Origin: Candidatus Omnitrophota bacterium
GTDB taxonomy: Bacteria; Omnitrophota; Gorgyraeia; Gygaellales; Profunditerraquicolaceae
NCBI GenBank assembly: GCA_028717885.1
Contig: JAQUMX010000007.1
Span: 1-59,684 of the forward strand
Direction of reading: 5' to 3'
Length of the DNA stretch: 59,684 nucleotides
Below are positions 19,503 through 29,292 of the stretch, piece by piece (position 1 is the stretch's first letter; every line of letters starts with the position of its first letter). Below the pieces are notes generated by a model. It saw nothing but the letters and a program-made list of their open reading frames with translations. It did no database searches and was not told where the DNA came from. Both the position numbers and the translations under genes were made by a program.

Positions 19503-20195
19503 TTAAGGCTTTTTGCCTCTTAATAAAAGCAGCTTTATCGAAGCCGCTAAAAATAAACCAATGCTTAAAACCTGGAAGAGCGTTAACCCATGAAAGAATA
19601 GCGGATTATCCGTGCGCCAGAATTCGACAAAAAACCTTTTTATGGAATAAAGCAGCAGGTAAGAAAAAAACACCGTGCCTTCTTTGTGCCGCCTGTCCTG
19701 TATGGCGCGCAAAATCAAAAATATTACCAGTAAAAGCGCGGAAGAAATCAGCTGTATCGGTATAACGGTCTTGCCAAAGCAACATCCGTTCAGAAAACAG
19801 CCCACCCTGCCAAATGCCTGGCCAAGGGCAATAAAAGGTGCGAGCAAATCCAAAACTTTATAGACGGGTAATTTTTTCTTTCTGATATAAAAAAGGCAGG
19901 CGAGAAAACCTAAGATCAATCCTCCGAACCAAGACAACCCTCCGTGCTGCAGAATAATGATTTCCTTAGGGTACTGCAAATAGAACCTTATGTTTTCCAG
20001 GACATAAAAAATCCTTGCCCCGATTACCCCGAAAATAAGGCCGATAAAACACAAACTCAAAATGATGTCCGGGTTCATCTTCTGCTTTCTGGCTTCTAAA
20101 CCTGCCAGACCGCTTCCGATAATAAAAGCCAAAGCAAGCATTAAGCCATACGAATAAATTGCAATTGGGCCTATACGGCAGATTTCCGGGTACAT
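19503..20195 (-). CDS. lgt: Prolipoprotein diacylglyceryl transferase
   Basis: YSYGLM, GAR, GRVGCFLNGCC, RFFVEFWR. Start moved to the ATG of MYPEI. Confidence 0.9.
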   Translation of the reverse strand: MYPEICRIGPIAIYSYGLMLALAFIIGSGLAGLEARKQKMNPDIILSLCFIGLIFGVIGARIFYVLENIRFYLQYPKEIIILQHGGLSWFGGLILGFLACLFYIRKKKLPVYKVLDLLAPFIALGQAFGRVGCFLNGCCFGKTVIPIQLISSALLLVIFLILRAIQDRRHKEGTVFFSYLLLYSIKRFFVEFWRTDNPLFFHGLTLFQVLSIGLFLAASIKLLLLRGKKP

Positions 20196-20611
20196 ATGCT
20201 CCACCCCAGTAGTATTGCGCCGACTGTTATCGCACTGTCAGCGAGGTTAAATACCGGCCAGACACGAAAATCCAGAAAGTCAATCACATAACCGAAAAAT
20301 ATCCGGTCGATTAAATTGCCCAAGCCACCGGCCAGGATTAACCCTAAGGCAAATTTAAAAAGAAACGGGTTATCTTTGCCTTTATCCTTTAGGTTCAGGT
20401 AAATCACAACCAACGCTATCAAAGACGCCAGAATAAAAAGGAATAATTTTCCTTTTAAAATCCCAAAAGCCGCGCCGCGGTTATGCACCAGAGTCAGATA
20501 AAAAACCCCTTTGATTACCGCAACCGGATGATTAAGCTGCAAAAACTTGGTAAAAAGAAACTTACTGGCTTGATCCAAAAAAAGAATGGCAATTACAATC
20601 GGAAAAATCAT
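20171..20611 (-). CDS. lspA: Signal peptidase II
   Basis: DQASK, NRGAAFG, GNLIDR..GYVIDF, FNLADSAI. Confidence 0.96.
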   Translation of the reverse strand: MIFPIVIAILFLDQASKFLFTKFLQLNHPVAVIKGVFYLTLVHNRGAAFGILKGKLFLFILASLIALVVIYLNLKDKGKDNPFLFKFALGLILAGGLGNLIDRIFFGYVIDFLDFRVWPVFNLADSAITVGAILLGWSICTRKSAV

Positions 20612-20624
20612 CAAAAAGATTTAT

Positions 20625-20646
20625 CCCCACACCAATTGGTGTGGGG
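20625..20646. repeat. Perfect 22-bp palindrome CCCCACACCAATTGGTGTGGGG (isolated H2 module)
   Basis: Near-identical to H2 of copy A (9071-9095); lies between dksA and lspA. Confidence 0.9.
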
Positions 20647-20650
20647 GGAT

Positions 20651-21034
20651 TTACCTTTTTTCTTTTTTCTCCTGGCATTTGACGCAGAAGCGGGCATTCG
20701 GCACGGCCTTGAGCCTGGTCTTGGTGATGGTGGATTTACAGCTTTCGCAGATACCGAAAGTGCCGTCATCGATTCTTTTCAAAGCATCTTCTAATTCGTA
20801 AAGCAGTTCCCTGCCTGAAGAAGCTAGTCCTAAGGAAAATTCCCGGTCATAGGTATCGGTAGCTACATCCGCCATATGATAGGTATAGCCGGAAATATCT
20901 CCGGAAGCCTCTTTTTGAGATTTTTTAAGCGTATCATCGGAAATATGCTGGATTTCATCGAGAATTTCTTCCTTGCGTTTTAAAATCATCTTTTTGAAAT
21001 CAGCGAGTTCTTTTTTATTGAATTTCTTTTTCAC
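20651..21034 (-). CDS. dksA: TraR/DksA family C4 zinc-finger regulator
   Basis: Coiled coil with HMADVATD tip, [14 protein letters not shown]...RL...P....CVKC. Confidence 0.88.
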   Translation of the reverse strand: MKKKFNKKELADFKKMILKRKEEILDEIQHISDDTLKKSQKEASGDISGYTYHMADVATDTYDREFSLGLASSGRELLYELEDALKRIDDGTFGICESCKSTITKTRLKAVPNARFCVKCQEKKEKR

Positions 21035-23784
21035 TTTTGACCCCCTATGGCTTCCAGACAGTTATCGCAGATTGCAGGGTGTTCTTTATTCTTTCCTACA
21101 GCCAGAGAATAATTCCAGCAACGTACGCACTTTTCGCCTTCGGCTTTAAGCACTTCCGCCGAAAATTCTTTATTGCCTTCTTTAAGAATCTCTACCTGAG
21201 AAACCTTGAATATTTCACAAAGATCAGCTGATAAGCTCGTTAAAACTTTATACCGATCTGAATTATTTGTCAATAGTTTTATTTTCGCATCAAAGGAGCT
21301 GCCGATTTGGCCTGCTGCGCGCTTTTCTTCGAGGGCTTTAGCAATGGCCGACGCTAAGGCTAACACTTCCTCTATATTATTACAATCCGCTTCCAGGGGC
21401 TGATTCGGCCAGGATAAAAGATGTACGCTTTTTAAACCGGCTTCATTTTTAAACTTAGGCAAATTCTGCCAGATCTCTTCGCAGGTAAAGGTAAGGATGG
21501 GGCTAGCTACCCTGGTTAAAAGATTCAAGATTTCAAAAATTGCGCTTTGTGCTTTGCGCCGCTGCGCTGAATTTGCCGCATAGGTATACAACCTGCCCTT
21601 TGCCATATCCAGGTAACGCATGGAAAGGTCCTCATTACAAAAATCATAGATCGCCTTGTAGGCTTTATGAAACTCAAAATCATCGTAATATTTTTCCAAA
21701 GCGGGCAGTAAAATATTATTCGCTTTCCAAACAATCCACTGGTCAATCTTTTTTAAGTCTGCGAATTTTACCATATCGGAATCAGGATTAAAATCATAGA
21801 GGTTGCTTAAAATAAACCGCGCAGTATTCCTGATTTTGCGATAGCCTTCGCTCAAGCGTAGTAAAATTTCCTTAGAGATCCGGATATCCTCATTATAATC
21901 GCTGGAAGCTACCCACATGCGTAAGATATCCGCGCCGTAATCCTTAATAATATCAAAAGGCGAAATTACATTGCCCGTAGACTTTGACATTTTACGGCCT
22001 TCTCCGTCCATCACAAAGCCGTGTGTAAGCACATTCTTAAAAGGCGCTTTTCCGTCAATACAGATAGCGGGGATAAGCGAAGATTGGAACCAGCCGCGGT
22101 GCTGGTCAGAGCCTTCCAAATATAATTCACAAGGCACACCACCCAGCTCTCCTCTTTTCTTTAATACTGCCTGAGAGCTTACTCCGGAATCAAACCAGAC
22201 ATCCAGAATATCCGTGCCTTTGGAAAAAGTTTTTCCTTTTTTACATAACGGGCAAACCAGGCCTTCCGGAAGAAATTCCTGAATATCACGGCTAAACCAA
22301 ACATCCGTGCCTTCTCGAATAACCATTGCGCGGAATTTTTCGATTACCCGCGCATCAAAAAATTCTTCTTTGCATTCATTGCAGGATAACGCCGGCACCG
22401 GCACCCCCCAATACCTCTGACGGGAGAGGCACCAATCCGGCCTTAATTCTACCATTGCCGAAATACGCTCTTTTCCCGCAGCAGGAATCCAGCAGACATC
22501 ATTATTTATCGACTGCAATAATTTTTTCCTTAAATCTTTCTGGTCAATGATCAAAAACCATTGCTTGGTTGCCCGGAAAATGATCGGGCTCTTGCAACGC
22601 CAGCAATGCGGATAAGAATGCTGTAATTTCCCGGCAAGAAGCAATGCCCCGATAGACTTTAGTTTTTCGATGATGGCATCATTGGCAGTAAGCACGTTTA
22701 TCCCGGAGAATTCTCCGGCACTTGCATCGAATTTTCCGCGCGTATCTACCGGCATGACAATTTCCAGTTTATATTTTAAACCGGTCAGATAATCTTCGCT
22801 GCCATGCCCGGGAGCAGTATGTACCAAGCCGCTACCTTCTTCTTTGGAAACGTAATCTGCCAAAACCACTTTCCCCTTACGTAGCCCGAAAGGATGATCG
22901 TAAATCAATCCTTCCAAATCCCTGCCTTTAAGTGTTTTACCGGCGCTATAATCATTAATCCCCATTTCCGATAATACTTGTAGCCGCAGATCAGCCAGGA
23001 TCAAATTTCCCTGGCTAGTTTTCACCAAAGAATAAGAAAAATCCGGATGCACTGCTACTGCCACATTGGCAATCAATGTCCAAGGAGTGGTAGTCCAGAT
23101 TACCAAGTATGTATCTTCGGAAAAAAGGCTGTTTTTCTCGAGCTTGAATTTTACGAAGATCGAAGGCGAACTATGGTCCTCGTATTCCACTTCTGCTTCG
23201 GCAAGCGCGGTTTCGCATTTAAAGCACCAGTTTACCGGCTTTAATCCCCGTTGGATATACCCCTGATTATTCAACTCATTAAAAGAACTGATAATTGCTT
23301 CCTCATAATCATGGCTTAAGGTCAAATACGGATGCTCCCAATCGCCTAAAACGCCCAGGCGCTTAAATTGCTCCTTTTGATTGGCAACATATTTCATCGC
23401 GTAATCATGCGCTTTTTTCCTGAATTCTACCTGCGAGATCTGGTATTTGGTAATCTTAAGCTCTTTGAATAGCTGATGCTCAATCGGCAGGCCATGGCAA
23501 TCCCATCCCGGGACATAAGGAGAATTAAACCCGCGTAAGGTTTTGTACTTGATGACAATGTCTTTTAAAGTTTTATTCAAGGCATGGCCAATATGGATAT
23601 CGCCGTTAGCATAAGGCGGGCCGTCGTGCAGGACGAATTTTTCTTTGCCTTTGGAATTTTCCCGGATCAAATTATAAAGACCGATCTCCTGCCAGAATTT
23701 CAAAAATTCCGGCTCACGTTTCGGCAGGCCTGCCTTCATCGGGAATTTGGTTTGTGGTAAATTGAGCGTATTCTTATAGTCCAT
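21031..23784 (-). CDS. ileS: Isoleucyl-tRNA synthetase (type 1)
   Basis: [26 protein letters not shown]-terminal CVRCW..CDNC. Confidence 0.98.
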   Translation of the reverse strand: MDYKNTLNLPQTKFPMKAGLPKREPEFLKFWQEIGLYNLIRENSKGKEKFVLHDGPPYANGDIHIGHALNKTLKDIVIKYKTLRGFNSPYVPGWDCHGLPIEHQLFKELKITKYQISQVEFRKKAHDYAMKYVANQKEQFKRLGVLGDWEHPYLTLSHDYEEAIISSFNELNNQGYIQRGLKPVNWCFKCETALAEAEVEYEDHSSPSIFVKFKLEKNSLFSEDTYLVIWTTTPWTLIANVAVAVHPDFSYSLVKTSQGNLILADLRLQVLSEMGINDYSAGKTLKGRDLEGLIYDHPFGLRKGKVVLADYVSKEEGSGLVHTAPGHGSEDYLTGLKYKLEIVMPVDTRGKFDASAGEFSGINVLTANDAIIEKLKSIGALLLAGKLQHSYPHCWRCKSPIIFRATKQWFLIIDQKDLRKKLLQSINNDVCWIPAAGKERISAMVELRPDWCLSRQRYWGVPVPALSCNECKEEFFDARVIEKFRAMVIREGTDVWFSRDIQEFLPEGLVCPLCKKGKTFSKGTDILDVWFDSGVSSQAVLKKRGELGGVPCELYLEGSDQHRGWFQSSLIPAICIDGKAPFKNVLTHGFVMDGEGRKMSKSTGNVISPFDIIKDYGADILRMWVASSDYNEDIRISKEILLRLSEGYRKIRNTARFILSNLYDFNPDSDMVKFADLKKIDQWIVWKANNILLPALEKYYDDFEFHKAYKAIYDFCNEDLSMRYLDMAKGRLYTYAANSAQRRKAQSAIFEILNLLTRVASPILTFTCEEIWQNLPKFKNEAGLKSVHLLSWPNQPLEADCNNIEEVLALASAIAKALEEKRAAGQIGSSFDAKIKLLTNNSDRYKVLTSLSADLCEIFKVSQVEILKEGNKEFSAEVLKAEGEKCVRCWNYSLAVGKNKEHPAICDNCLEAIGGQK

Positions 23785-23853
23785 CTTCAGTCGTCAGTCT
23801 TCAGTCGTCAGTCTTCAGCAAAAGCTGAAAGCTGATAGCTGATGGCTGAAAGC
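23784..23853. repeat. Ten consecutive heptamers in two roughly inverted blocks
   Basis: (tc[t/g]tcag)x5, then caaaagc tgaaagc tgatagc tgatggc tgaaagc; fills the whole mtnP-ileS gap. Confidence 0.95.
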
Positions 23854-24711
23854 TTAAACATATTTTCCAATTATGATTTCTAAATCTTTTTTTGCTTTCG
23901 CAGGAATCATTTTCCTGTCCGTAACAATTGCATATTTCAACGCTTCGCCGCAGGAACATTTGCGGTGCGGTTGGATATTTTTAATCACGCCAGAAATAAG
24001 TTTTTTCGCGTTCTCTACATTATTCTGTAAATTCCTGATCACCATTTCTACGGTTACGCTTTCGTGGCTGGGATGCCAACAGTCATAATCCGTTACCGCC
24101 GCTAAAGTAGAATAGCAAATCTCTGCTTCTCTGGCTAATTTTGCCTCTGCCAGATTTGTCATGCCGATTATATCCATTCCCCAGCTACGGTAAAGGTTGG
24201 ATTCTGCTAAAGTGGAAAATGCCGGGCCCTCCATATTCAGGTAAGTCCCGCCTTTATGGATATTCAAGTTCAAATTTTTTCCGCAAGAATAAATTTCACC
24301 GGCCAGTTCCGGGCAGACCGGTTGGGCAAAAACAATGTGTGCTACGATGCCATGGTCGAAAAAAGTCATTTCTCTGGCATTATTGGTGCGGTCAACAAAC
24401 TGGTCCACTACAACAAAATCCATGGGTTTTAAATTTTCCTTCAGGCTTCCGCAGGCAGCTACGGAGATAATCCGCTCCACTCCCAATTTTTTCATCCCGT
24501 AAATATTAGCACGGTAATTGATTTTACTGGGAGTTATCTTATGCCCCACATCATGCCGCGGCAAGAAAACTACTTCCTTGCCTTCCAAAGTCCCAACAAT
24601 AAATTTTCCGGAGGGTTTGCCAAAAGGTGTTGTAATAGAAACTTCTTTTACCCCCTTAATCCCTTCAATTTTATACAAGCCGCTTCCGCCGATAATGCCG
24701 ATGCGCCCCAT
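23854..24711 (-). CDS. mtnP: S-methyl-5'-thioadenosine phosphorylase
   Basis: IGIIGGSG, LPRH, EGPAFST, IGMT..EA.LAREA, VTDYDCW. Confidence 0.95.
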   Translation of the reverse strand: MGRIGIIGGSGLYKIEGIKGVKEVSITTPFGKPSGKFIVGTLEGKEVVFLPRHDVGHKITPSKINYRANIYGMKKLGVERIISVAACGSLKENLKPMDFVVVDQFVDRTNNAREMTFFDHGIVAHIVFAQPVCPELAGEIYSCGKNLNLNIHKGGTYLNMEGPAFSTLAESNLYRSWGMDIIGMTNLAEAKLAREAEICYSTLAAVTDYDCWHPSHESVTVEMVIRNLQNNVENAKKLISGVIKNIQPHRKCSCGEALKYAIVTDRKMIPAKAKKDLEIIIGKYV

Positions 24712-25550
24712 TATTTACTTACCTCCTTGGATAATTCTTGACTGCGTTTTCTGGCTGCCAGGACCGCCTCTTTTAAGGATCCCCCCTGGTTAAAAACTTT
24801 AAACGCTGCTTCAGTAGTCCCGCCTTTTGAACTAACCTGCCTAATTAATTCTTCGGGAGAAATTTTTGTTCTTTTTAAAAATTCCAATGCCCCGGTAAAA
24901 GTCGCAGTTGTCAATAAGCGCGCGCTTTCCGGATCAAAACCAACCGCGCCTGCCGCTTCCTCAAAAAGTGCCAAGAATTCTGTTTTTTTCTTATCCGGCA
25001 CACTACCGGCGCTTAGAGAATTATTCTTTAAAAAATTAGCGACATACGCCGGCCCGCTTCCGGAAACTGCGGTAATCGCATCTATCAGTTCTTCATTTAC
25101 GCGTAATGTTTCTCCGGAATAGCCAAATAATTCTTCGGCTAAATCAAGATCTTCTTCGCTAGCAAATTTGCCTTTACAAATCCCGGCCATTCCTGCGCCG
25201 ACTTTAGCTGCCAAATTCGGCATTGCCCGCACAACCCTGACAACACCTAAGCTTTGCTCGATAAAAGCGGTAGTGATTCCGGCAGCAATAGAAATAAATA
25301 ACTTATCCGATGAAACTACCGGCTTAATCTGGCCAAGCAATTCCTTAAAATCCTGGGGCTTTACTGCCAGCATAACCACATCGCTATTTTTTACCAGGTC
25401 GGGGATACAGGAAAAAACTTTAATTCCGGATAATTTTTCCAGCTTTGCGCTATCCTTATCAAAACAGCTTACCGGATAATCCTGCTCGATATACCCGGCA
25501 AGAGCCGAACCCATATTCCCAAAACCGATAATTGCGATATTTTTTTTCAT
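24711..25550 (-). CDS. proC: Pyrroline-5-carboxylate reductase
   Basis: GFGNMG, AVKPQ, RAMPN, AVSGSGPAY, SKGGTT. Confidence 0.93.
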   Translation of the reverse strand: MKKNIAIIGFGNMGSALAGYIEQDYPVSCFDKDSAKLEKLSGIKVFSCIPDLVKNSDVVMLAVKPQDFKELLGQIKPVVSSDKLFISIAAGITTAFIEQSLGVVRVVRAMPNLAAKVGAGMAGICKGKFASEEDLDLAEELFGYSGETLRVNEELIDAITAVSGSGPAYVANFLKNNSLSAGSVPDKKKTEFLALFEEAAGAVGFDPESARLLTTATFTGALEFLKRTKISPEELIRQVSSKGGTTEAAFKVFNQGGSLKEAVLAARKRSQELSKEVSK

Positions 25551-25552
25551 CG

Positions 25553-26242
25553 TTAATCAAAAATCGCCCTGCCGACCCTGACCATGGTCGAGCCTTCTTC
25601 TATCGCTACTGTAAAATCATTCGTCATACCCATGGATAAAATTCGTAAAGCGTACGGCGTACTGCGTAAAGCGTTAAGAGAATCTAATAAGTCCTTTAAC
25701 TGTTTAAAATAAGGGCGCGCCGCTTCCGGGCTGCCTACTAAAGGCGCTATTGTCATCAAGCCTTGAATCCGGATATTTTTTAAAGCGCCAGCTTCTTTGA
25801 TTACCCCTATACAATCTTCCGGGGATAAACCGAGCTTAGTTTCCTCGGGGGAAGTTTTTACTTCTAACAAAATATCCTGGAGCTTGTTTATTTTTGCCGC
25901 TTGCTTGTCAATCTCCTGCGCCAGGCGCAGGCTATCCACAGAATGGATTAACTCGGCAAACTTCACAGCTTCCTTAGCTTTATTGCTTTGCAGATGGCCG
26001 ATAAGATGCCATTTAATGCGTTCGGCGTATTGCGTTTGGCGTAGGGCGTTATACTTAAGAAGCGCTTCCTGGACCCGGTTCTCGCCGATATCAGTTGCGC
26101 CTGCGTCAACCGCTTCTTTAACCTGCTCAACTGTCCGGCCCTTGCTCACCGCTATAAGAGTGATTCCCGCAGGATCGCGCTTGATTTGAGCGCAAAGCCG
26201 CGAGATTTCCCCTTTTATCCGTGAAATATTGGCCCGAACCAT
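25553..26242 (-). CDS. yggS: PLP homeostasis protein YggS/PLPBP
   Basis: AVSK, GENRVQE, WHLIGHLQSNK, GLMTIAP, LSMGMT.D..AIEEGST.VRVG. Confidence 0.97.
   Translation of the reverse strand: MVRANISRIKGEISRLCAQIKRDPAGITLIAVSKGRTVEQVKEAVDAGATDIGENRVQEALLKYNALRQTQYAERIKWHLIGHLQSNKAKEAVKFAELIHSVDSLRLAQEIDKQAAKINKLQDILLEVKTSPEETKLGLSPEDCIGVIKEAGALKNIRIQGLMTIAPLVGSPEAARPYFKQLKDLLDSLNALRSTPYALRILSMGMTNDFTVAIEEGSTMVRVGRAIFD
25644..25678. repeat. In-frame heptamer repeat (CGTAnnG)x5 inside yggS
   Basis: cgtaaag cgtacgg cgtactg cgtaaag cgttaag; encodes LNALRSTPYALR. Confidence 0.85.
26018..26052. repeat. In-frame heptamer repeat (GCGTnnn)x5 inside yggS
   Basis: gcgttcg gcgtatt gcgtttg gcgtagg gcgttat; encodes YNALRQTQYAER. 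Confidence 0.85.
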
Positions 26243-26257
26243 GATTGTAAAGTAATT

Positions 26258-26285
26258 ATTATACTCTCAAAAGGCTTAAGGTCAA
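26258..26285 (-). promoter_or_regulatory. yggS-proC-mtnP-ileS promoter
   Basis: TTGACC-16 bp-TATAAT; predicted leader about 9 nt with no SD. Confidence 0.65.
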
Positions 26286-26320
26286 TTATTAAAATCGGCA
26301 AGAAAATCTATAGGCAGGCG

Positions 26321-27577
26321 TTAAAAATATTCCTGGTAAACTTCTTTTACCCGGCTGATCGCTTTTTTCAAAGGGTTTTGCGCCGGAGTTTCCAGCCGGG
26401 CCAATTGCGGTTCGTCATCGTCATGCAGGGCGCGATAAATCATACCCAGAGAAGTCAGATACGCCAGATATTTGTGGCCGGAAAGAAAATCTTCTTTGTT
26501 GATAAAAGGGGCGATTTCCGGATGGTTTACTTTGCCTAATTTTACCGGAATGCCCATATGCCCTTCCAGCATTTCCAGAAAACCTTCCAGCAAAACAGTC
26601 CTTCCGCAAACTACAAAATTATCTATTTCGTTTAATGCAATATGTTTTTCTACCGCATGTTTAATCTTTTCGCAGATTTCTCTGGCGTGGCTGGTCGCAG
26701 TCTGGGCAGCCAGCCTTTGTTTGATCGGCTTATACACTTTATCTTTTTTAATCAGGATCTCTTTTTCCTGCGGAATGGCGTCGAAATCCCCCACGCTTGC
26801 ATATGAGCGCTTCACATCTTCGGCTAAATCAAAAGGGACTACCAGCTCACGCGCTATTGCCTGAGTAATCGCATTGCCTCCGGTACGCAAAACTTCGATA
26901 TTGCGCACAGCAGCGTCTTTTAAAAAGATGATTTCTGTAATATCGCTGCCGATATCGCAAATTACCGCCTCCCCCGTTTTAAGCCCGGGGTTTAATACTG
27001 CGTAAGCCGTAGAAATCCCGGAAAGGAACAAGTCCTTTAATTCATAGCCTGCCTGGTTAACTACGCGGCTAAAACTCTGCAGAGAAGAAACCTTTGCGCA
27101 AACCAGGTAAAGGTCAACTTCCAATTTATGGCTGTAAAGCCCCAGAGGGTTAGAAATATTGCTCTTCGAATCGATGGAATAGCTGTAAGGAATCTGATGG
27201 ATAATCTCTTCTTCAAGGCTGGAACCTAAAACCCTGGCTTGTTCGTTTACTTTTTGCAGGTCGGATAATGTGACGACTTTATTGCCTCTTTCGGCAAGCG
27301 GGATGATTGCATGCGCGTGCTTTGTGGCGATATCCTGGCCGGAGACATTCAGGTAAAGTGATTTGATTTTTATTTCGGATTTTGCTTTGAGGTTCTTTAA
27401 AAGGCGGCTTAAGGACCCGATTAATTCCACGGAATCAACTATCGAGCCTTCGGCTATGCCTTTGGAGATTTCCGTTTCAAAAATAATGTCGCTGATTACG
27501 CCCTTCTTGGTCCTGGCTAACGCTGCCACTAATTTGCTCGAACCGATATCCAACGCACAGATGTAATTATTTAGCAT
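26321..27577 (-). CDS. ftsA: Cell division protein FtsA
   Basis: ALDIGSSK, SKGI..G, CDIGSDIT, C-terminal amphipathic helix; follows ftsQ. Confidence 0.92.
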   Translation of the reverse strand: MLNNYICALDIGSSKLVAALARTKKGVISDIIFETEISKGIAEGSIVDSVELIGSLSRLLKNLKAKSEIKIKSLYLNVSGQDIATKHAHAIIPLAERGNKVVTLSDLQKVNEQARVLGSSLEEEIIHQIPYSYSIDSKSNISNPLGLYSHKLEVDLYLVCAKVSSLQSFSRVVNQAGYELKDLFLSGISTAYAVLNPGLKTGEAVICDIGSDITEIIFLKDAAVRNIEVLRTGGNAITQAIARELVVPFDLAEDVKRSYASVGDFDAIPQEKEILIKKDKVYKPIKQRLAAQTATSHAREICEKIKHAVEKHIALNEIDNFVVCGRTVLLEGFLEMLEGHMGIPVKLGKVNHPEIAPFINKEDFLSGHKYLAYLTSLGMIYRALHDDDEPQLARLETPAQNPLKKAISRVKEVYQEYF

Positions 27578-28370
27578 CCTTATATTTTATTACAGGCTCC
27601 TTAAACCTTAAATCAATATAACTGATTTGTTTGTTCTTTTCGTTATTCTGAATCAACACGCTCTGTAAAATATCGATCTTATCCTGAATAAAGTCGCTGC
27701 CGATTTTTACCTCGAAAACCGACAGGGTCTCCGTCGGCTGTGTTGCCCTAAGCTTAGGCATGAGCATAAAACTTGTTTGAGCCGGGTTAGCCAGGTCTAT
27801 CCTTTGTAATTTGTAATTCTTTAGCTGCGCCCCCTTAGTTATCTCCTGAATAATATTTAAAGCAAGGTTCAATTCCCTGGAATTATATGCCTTGCCCGAC
27901 TTAGGCCCGAAAATCTTAGTTTCTAACCCCACGATAAGCGGCAATTGCGCCTGGTCAAATTCTTGCGGCAGGTCAAATAAAACCCCGTCTTTGTCCACGC
28001 AGAAATAGCGGTATAGCTTAATCATTGCCAGCGGCTGGCGCTTAAAAAATTCCACGGAAAGCCGGTCAGGCAAAATTCTGATAATCCGGATGGATTTGTA
28101 TGTCGGGTAATACTGCTTTAAATTTTGCGCGGCTGTTTCCAGGTCAAGGTCAAAAATATTATGCCCTTTTAGATAAGAAAGATCGATATTGTCATTACCT
28201 TTAATAATTACCTGCCTTACGGTAAAACAATCGAGGTTTTTTATTGCCCGGCCCAGGAGTAAAAATCCCAGGATCAACAGCCCAAAAACGATGATTACCG
28301 CCACCAAGTTAAGCGGGAATCCGCGCCCGCTGTTTCTCGGCTGCTTAAGGCTCAACTTATGTCTTTTCAT
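27567..28370 (-). CDS. ftsQ: Cell division protein FtsQ/DivIB
   Basis: Single TM, POTRA-like region, R.LPD.L.V, C-terminal YIDLRFKEPVI. Confidence 0.85.
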   Translation of the reverse strand: MKRHKLSLKQPRNSGRGFPLNLVAVIIVFGLLILGFLLLGRAIKNLDCFTVRQVIIKGNDNIDLSYLKGHNIFDLDLETAAQNLKQYYPTYKSIRIIRILPDRLSVEFFKRQPLAMIKLYRYFCVDKDGVLFDLPQEFDQAQLPLIVGLETKIFGPKSGKAYNSRELNLALNIIQEITKGAQLKNYKLQRIDLANPAQTSFMLMPKLRATQPTETLSVFEVKIGSDFIQDKIDILQSVLIQNNEKNKQISYIDLRFKEPVIKYKDAK

Positions 28371-29292
28371 ACGCCAGCCGGATCAACTCCAGGCAAAGCT
28401 GCCCAAACTCTATGCCTGCGACCCTTGCCGCTTTTGGAAAAAGGCTGGTTTGGGTAAACCCGGGAATAGTATTTGCTTCAAGAATAAAAGGTATATTTTT
28501 TTCGTTTAAAATCAGGTCGACGCGCGAATAAGCATAACAGCCTAAAAGGCGGTGCGCTTTTAGGGCCGCAGCCTGGATTTTCTCTGCCAGCTTCTGCTCT
28601 ATTTTTGCAGGAACGATATATTCGGTCAGGCCCGAACTATACTTTGCTTCGAAATCAAAAAAACGTTTCTTCGGCACGATCTCAATCAAGGGAAGCGCGC
28701 GGTCATTCAAAATACCGACTGTTAATTCCCTGCCTTTAATATATTCCTCGACCAAAACCTTCTGGTCAAAATCAAAGGCTAAACAAATCGCCGCAGCTAA
28801 ATCTTCTTTTTTATCGACGATTGACAGGCCTATGCTCGAGCCCTGAGTAGCCGGCTTGACCACTACGGGAAAATGAAAATTCTTAAAATGCGGTAAGTCC
28901 GCTTGAACCGGCCTCTTCTGCAGGACCAGGTATTTCGGCACGTGGAGCTTATAGGCTTCAAGGATTTTTCGGGAAGCGATTTTATCCATTGCCAGGCTGC
29001 TGGCAAATTTCCCCGAACCGGTATACGGAATCCTGGCTTCATCGAGAATTGCCTGCATCTGGCCGTCTTCTCCGAAACGGCCGTGCAGGGTGAGAAAGGC
29101 GCAATTAATATTCTGCTCTTTGATTAAACGCAGGTTTTCTTGCGGGTCATCGGTTTTAATATCGATAGGGATAATATCCAGGTTAAGCTCTTTTAAAGCA
29201 TCCAAAACCGCCCTGCCGCTTTTTAGCGAGATCTCTCTTTCCGAGGAGGGCCCTCCCATCAATATGCCGACCTTACCAAACTTCACTGCCAT
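28357..29292 (-). CDS. ddl: D-alanine--D-alanine ligase
   Basis: GGPSSEREIS, LHGRFGEDG, GSSIG, LEANTIPG. Confidence 0.97.
   Translation of the reverse strand: MAVKFGKVGILMGGPSSEREISLKSGRAVLDALKELNLDIIPIDIKTDDPQENLRLIKEQNINCAFLTLHGRFGEDGQMQAILDEARIPYTGSGKFASSLAMDKIASRKILEAYKLHVPKYLVLQKRPVQADLPHFKNFHFPVVVKPATQGSSIGLSIVDKKEDLAAAICLAFDFDQKVLVEEYIKGRELTVGILNDRALPLIEIVPKKRFFDFEAKYSSGLTEYIVPAKIEQKLAEKIQAAALKAHRLLGCYAYSRVDLILNEKNIPFILEANTIPGFTQTSLFPKAARVAGIEFGQLCLELIRLAYEKT

Noticed and set aside
23785-23853. T-box upstream of ileS
   Set aside because: Only 69 nt, entirely heptamers, no T-box motif.
27744-27760. CCTAAGCTTAGG palindrome in ftsQ
   Set aside because: A single 12-bp palindrome in a variable coding region; could be chance.
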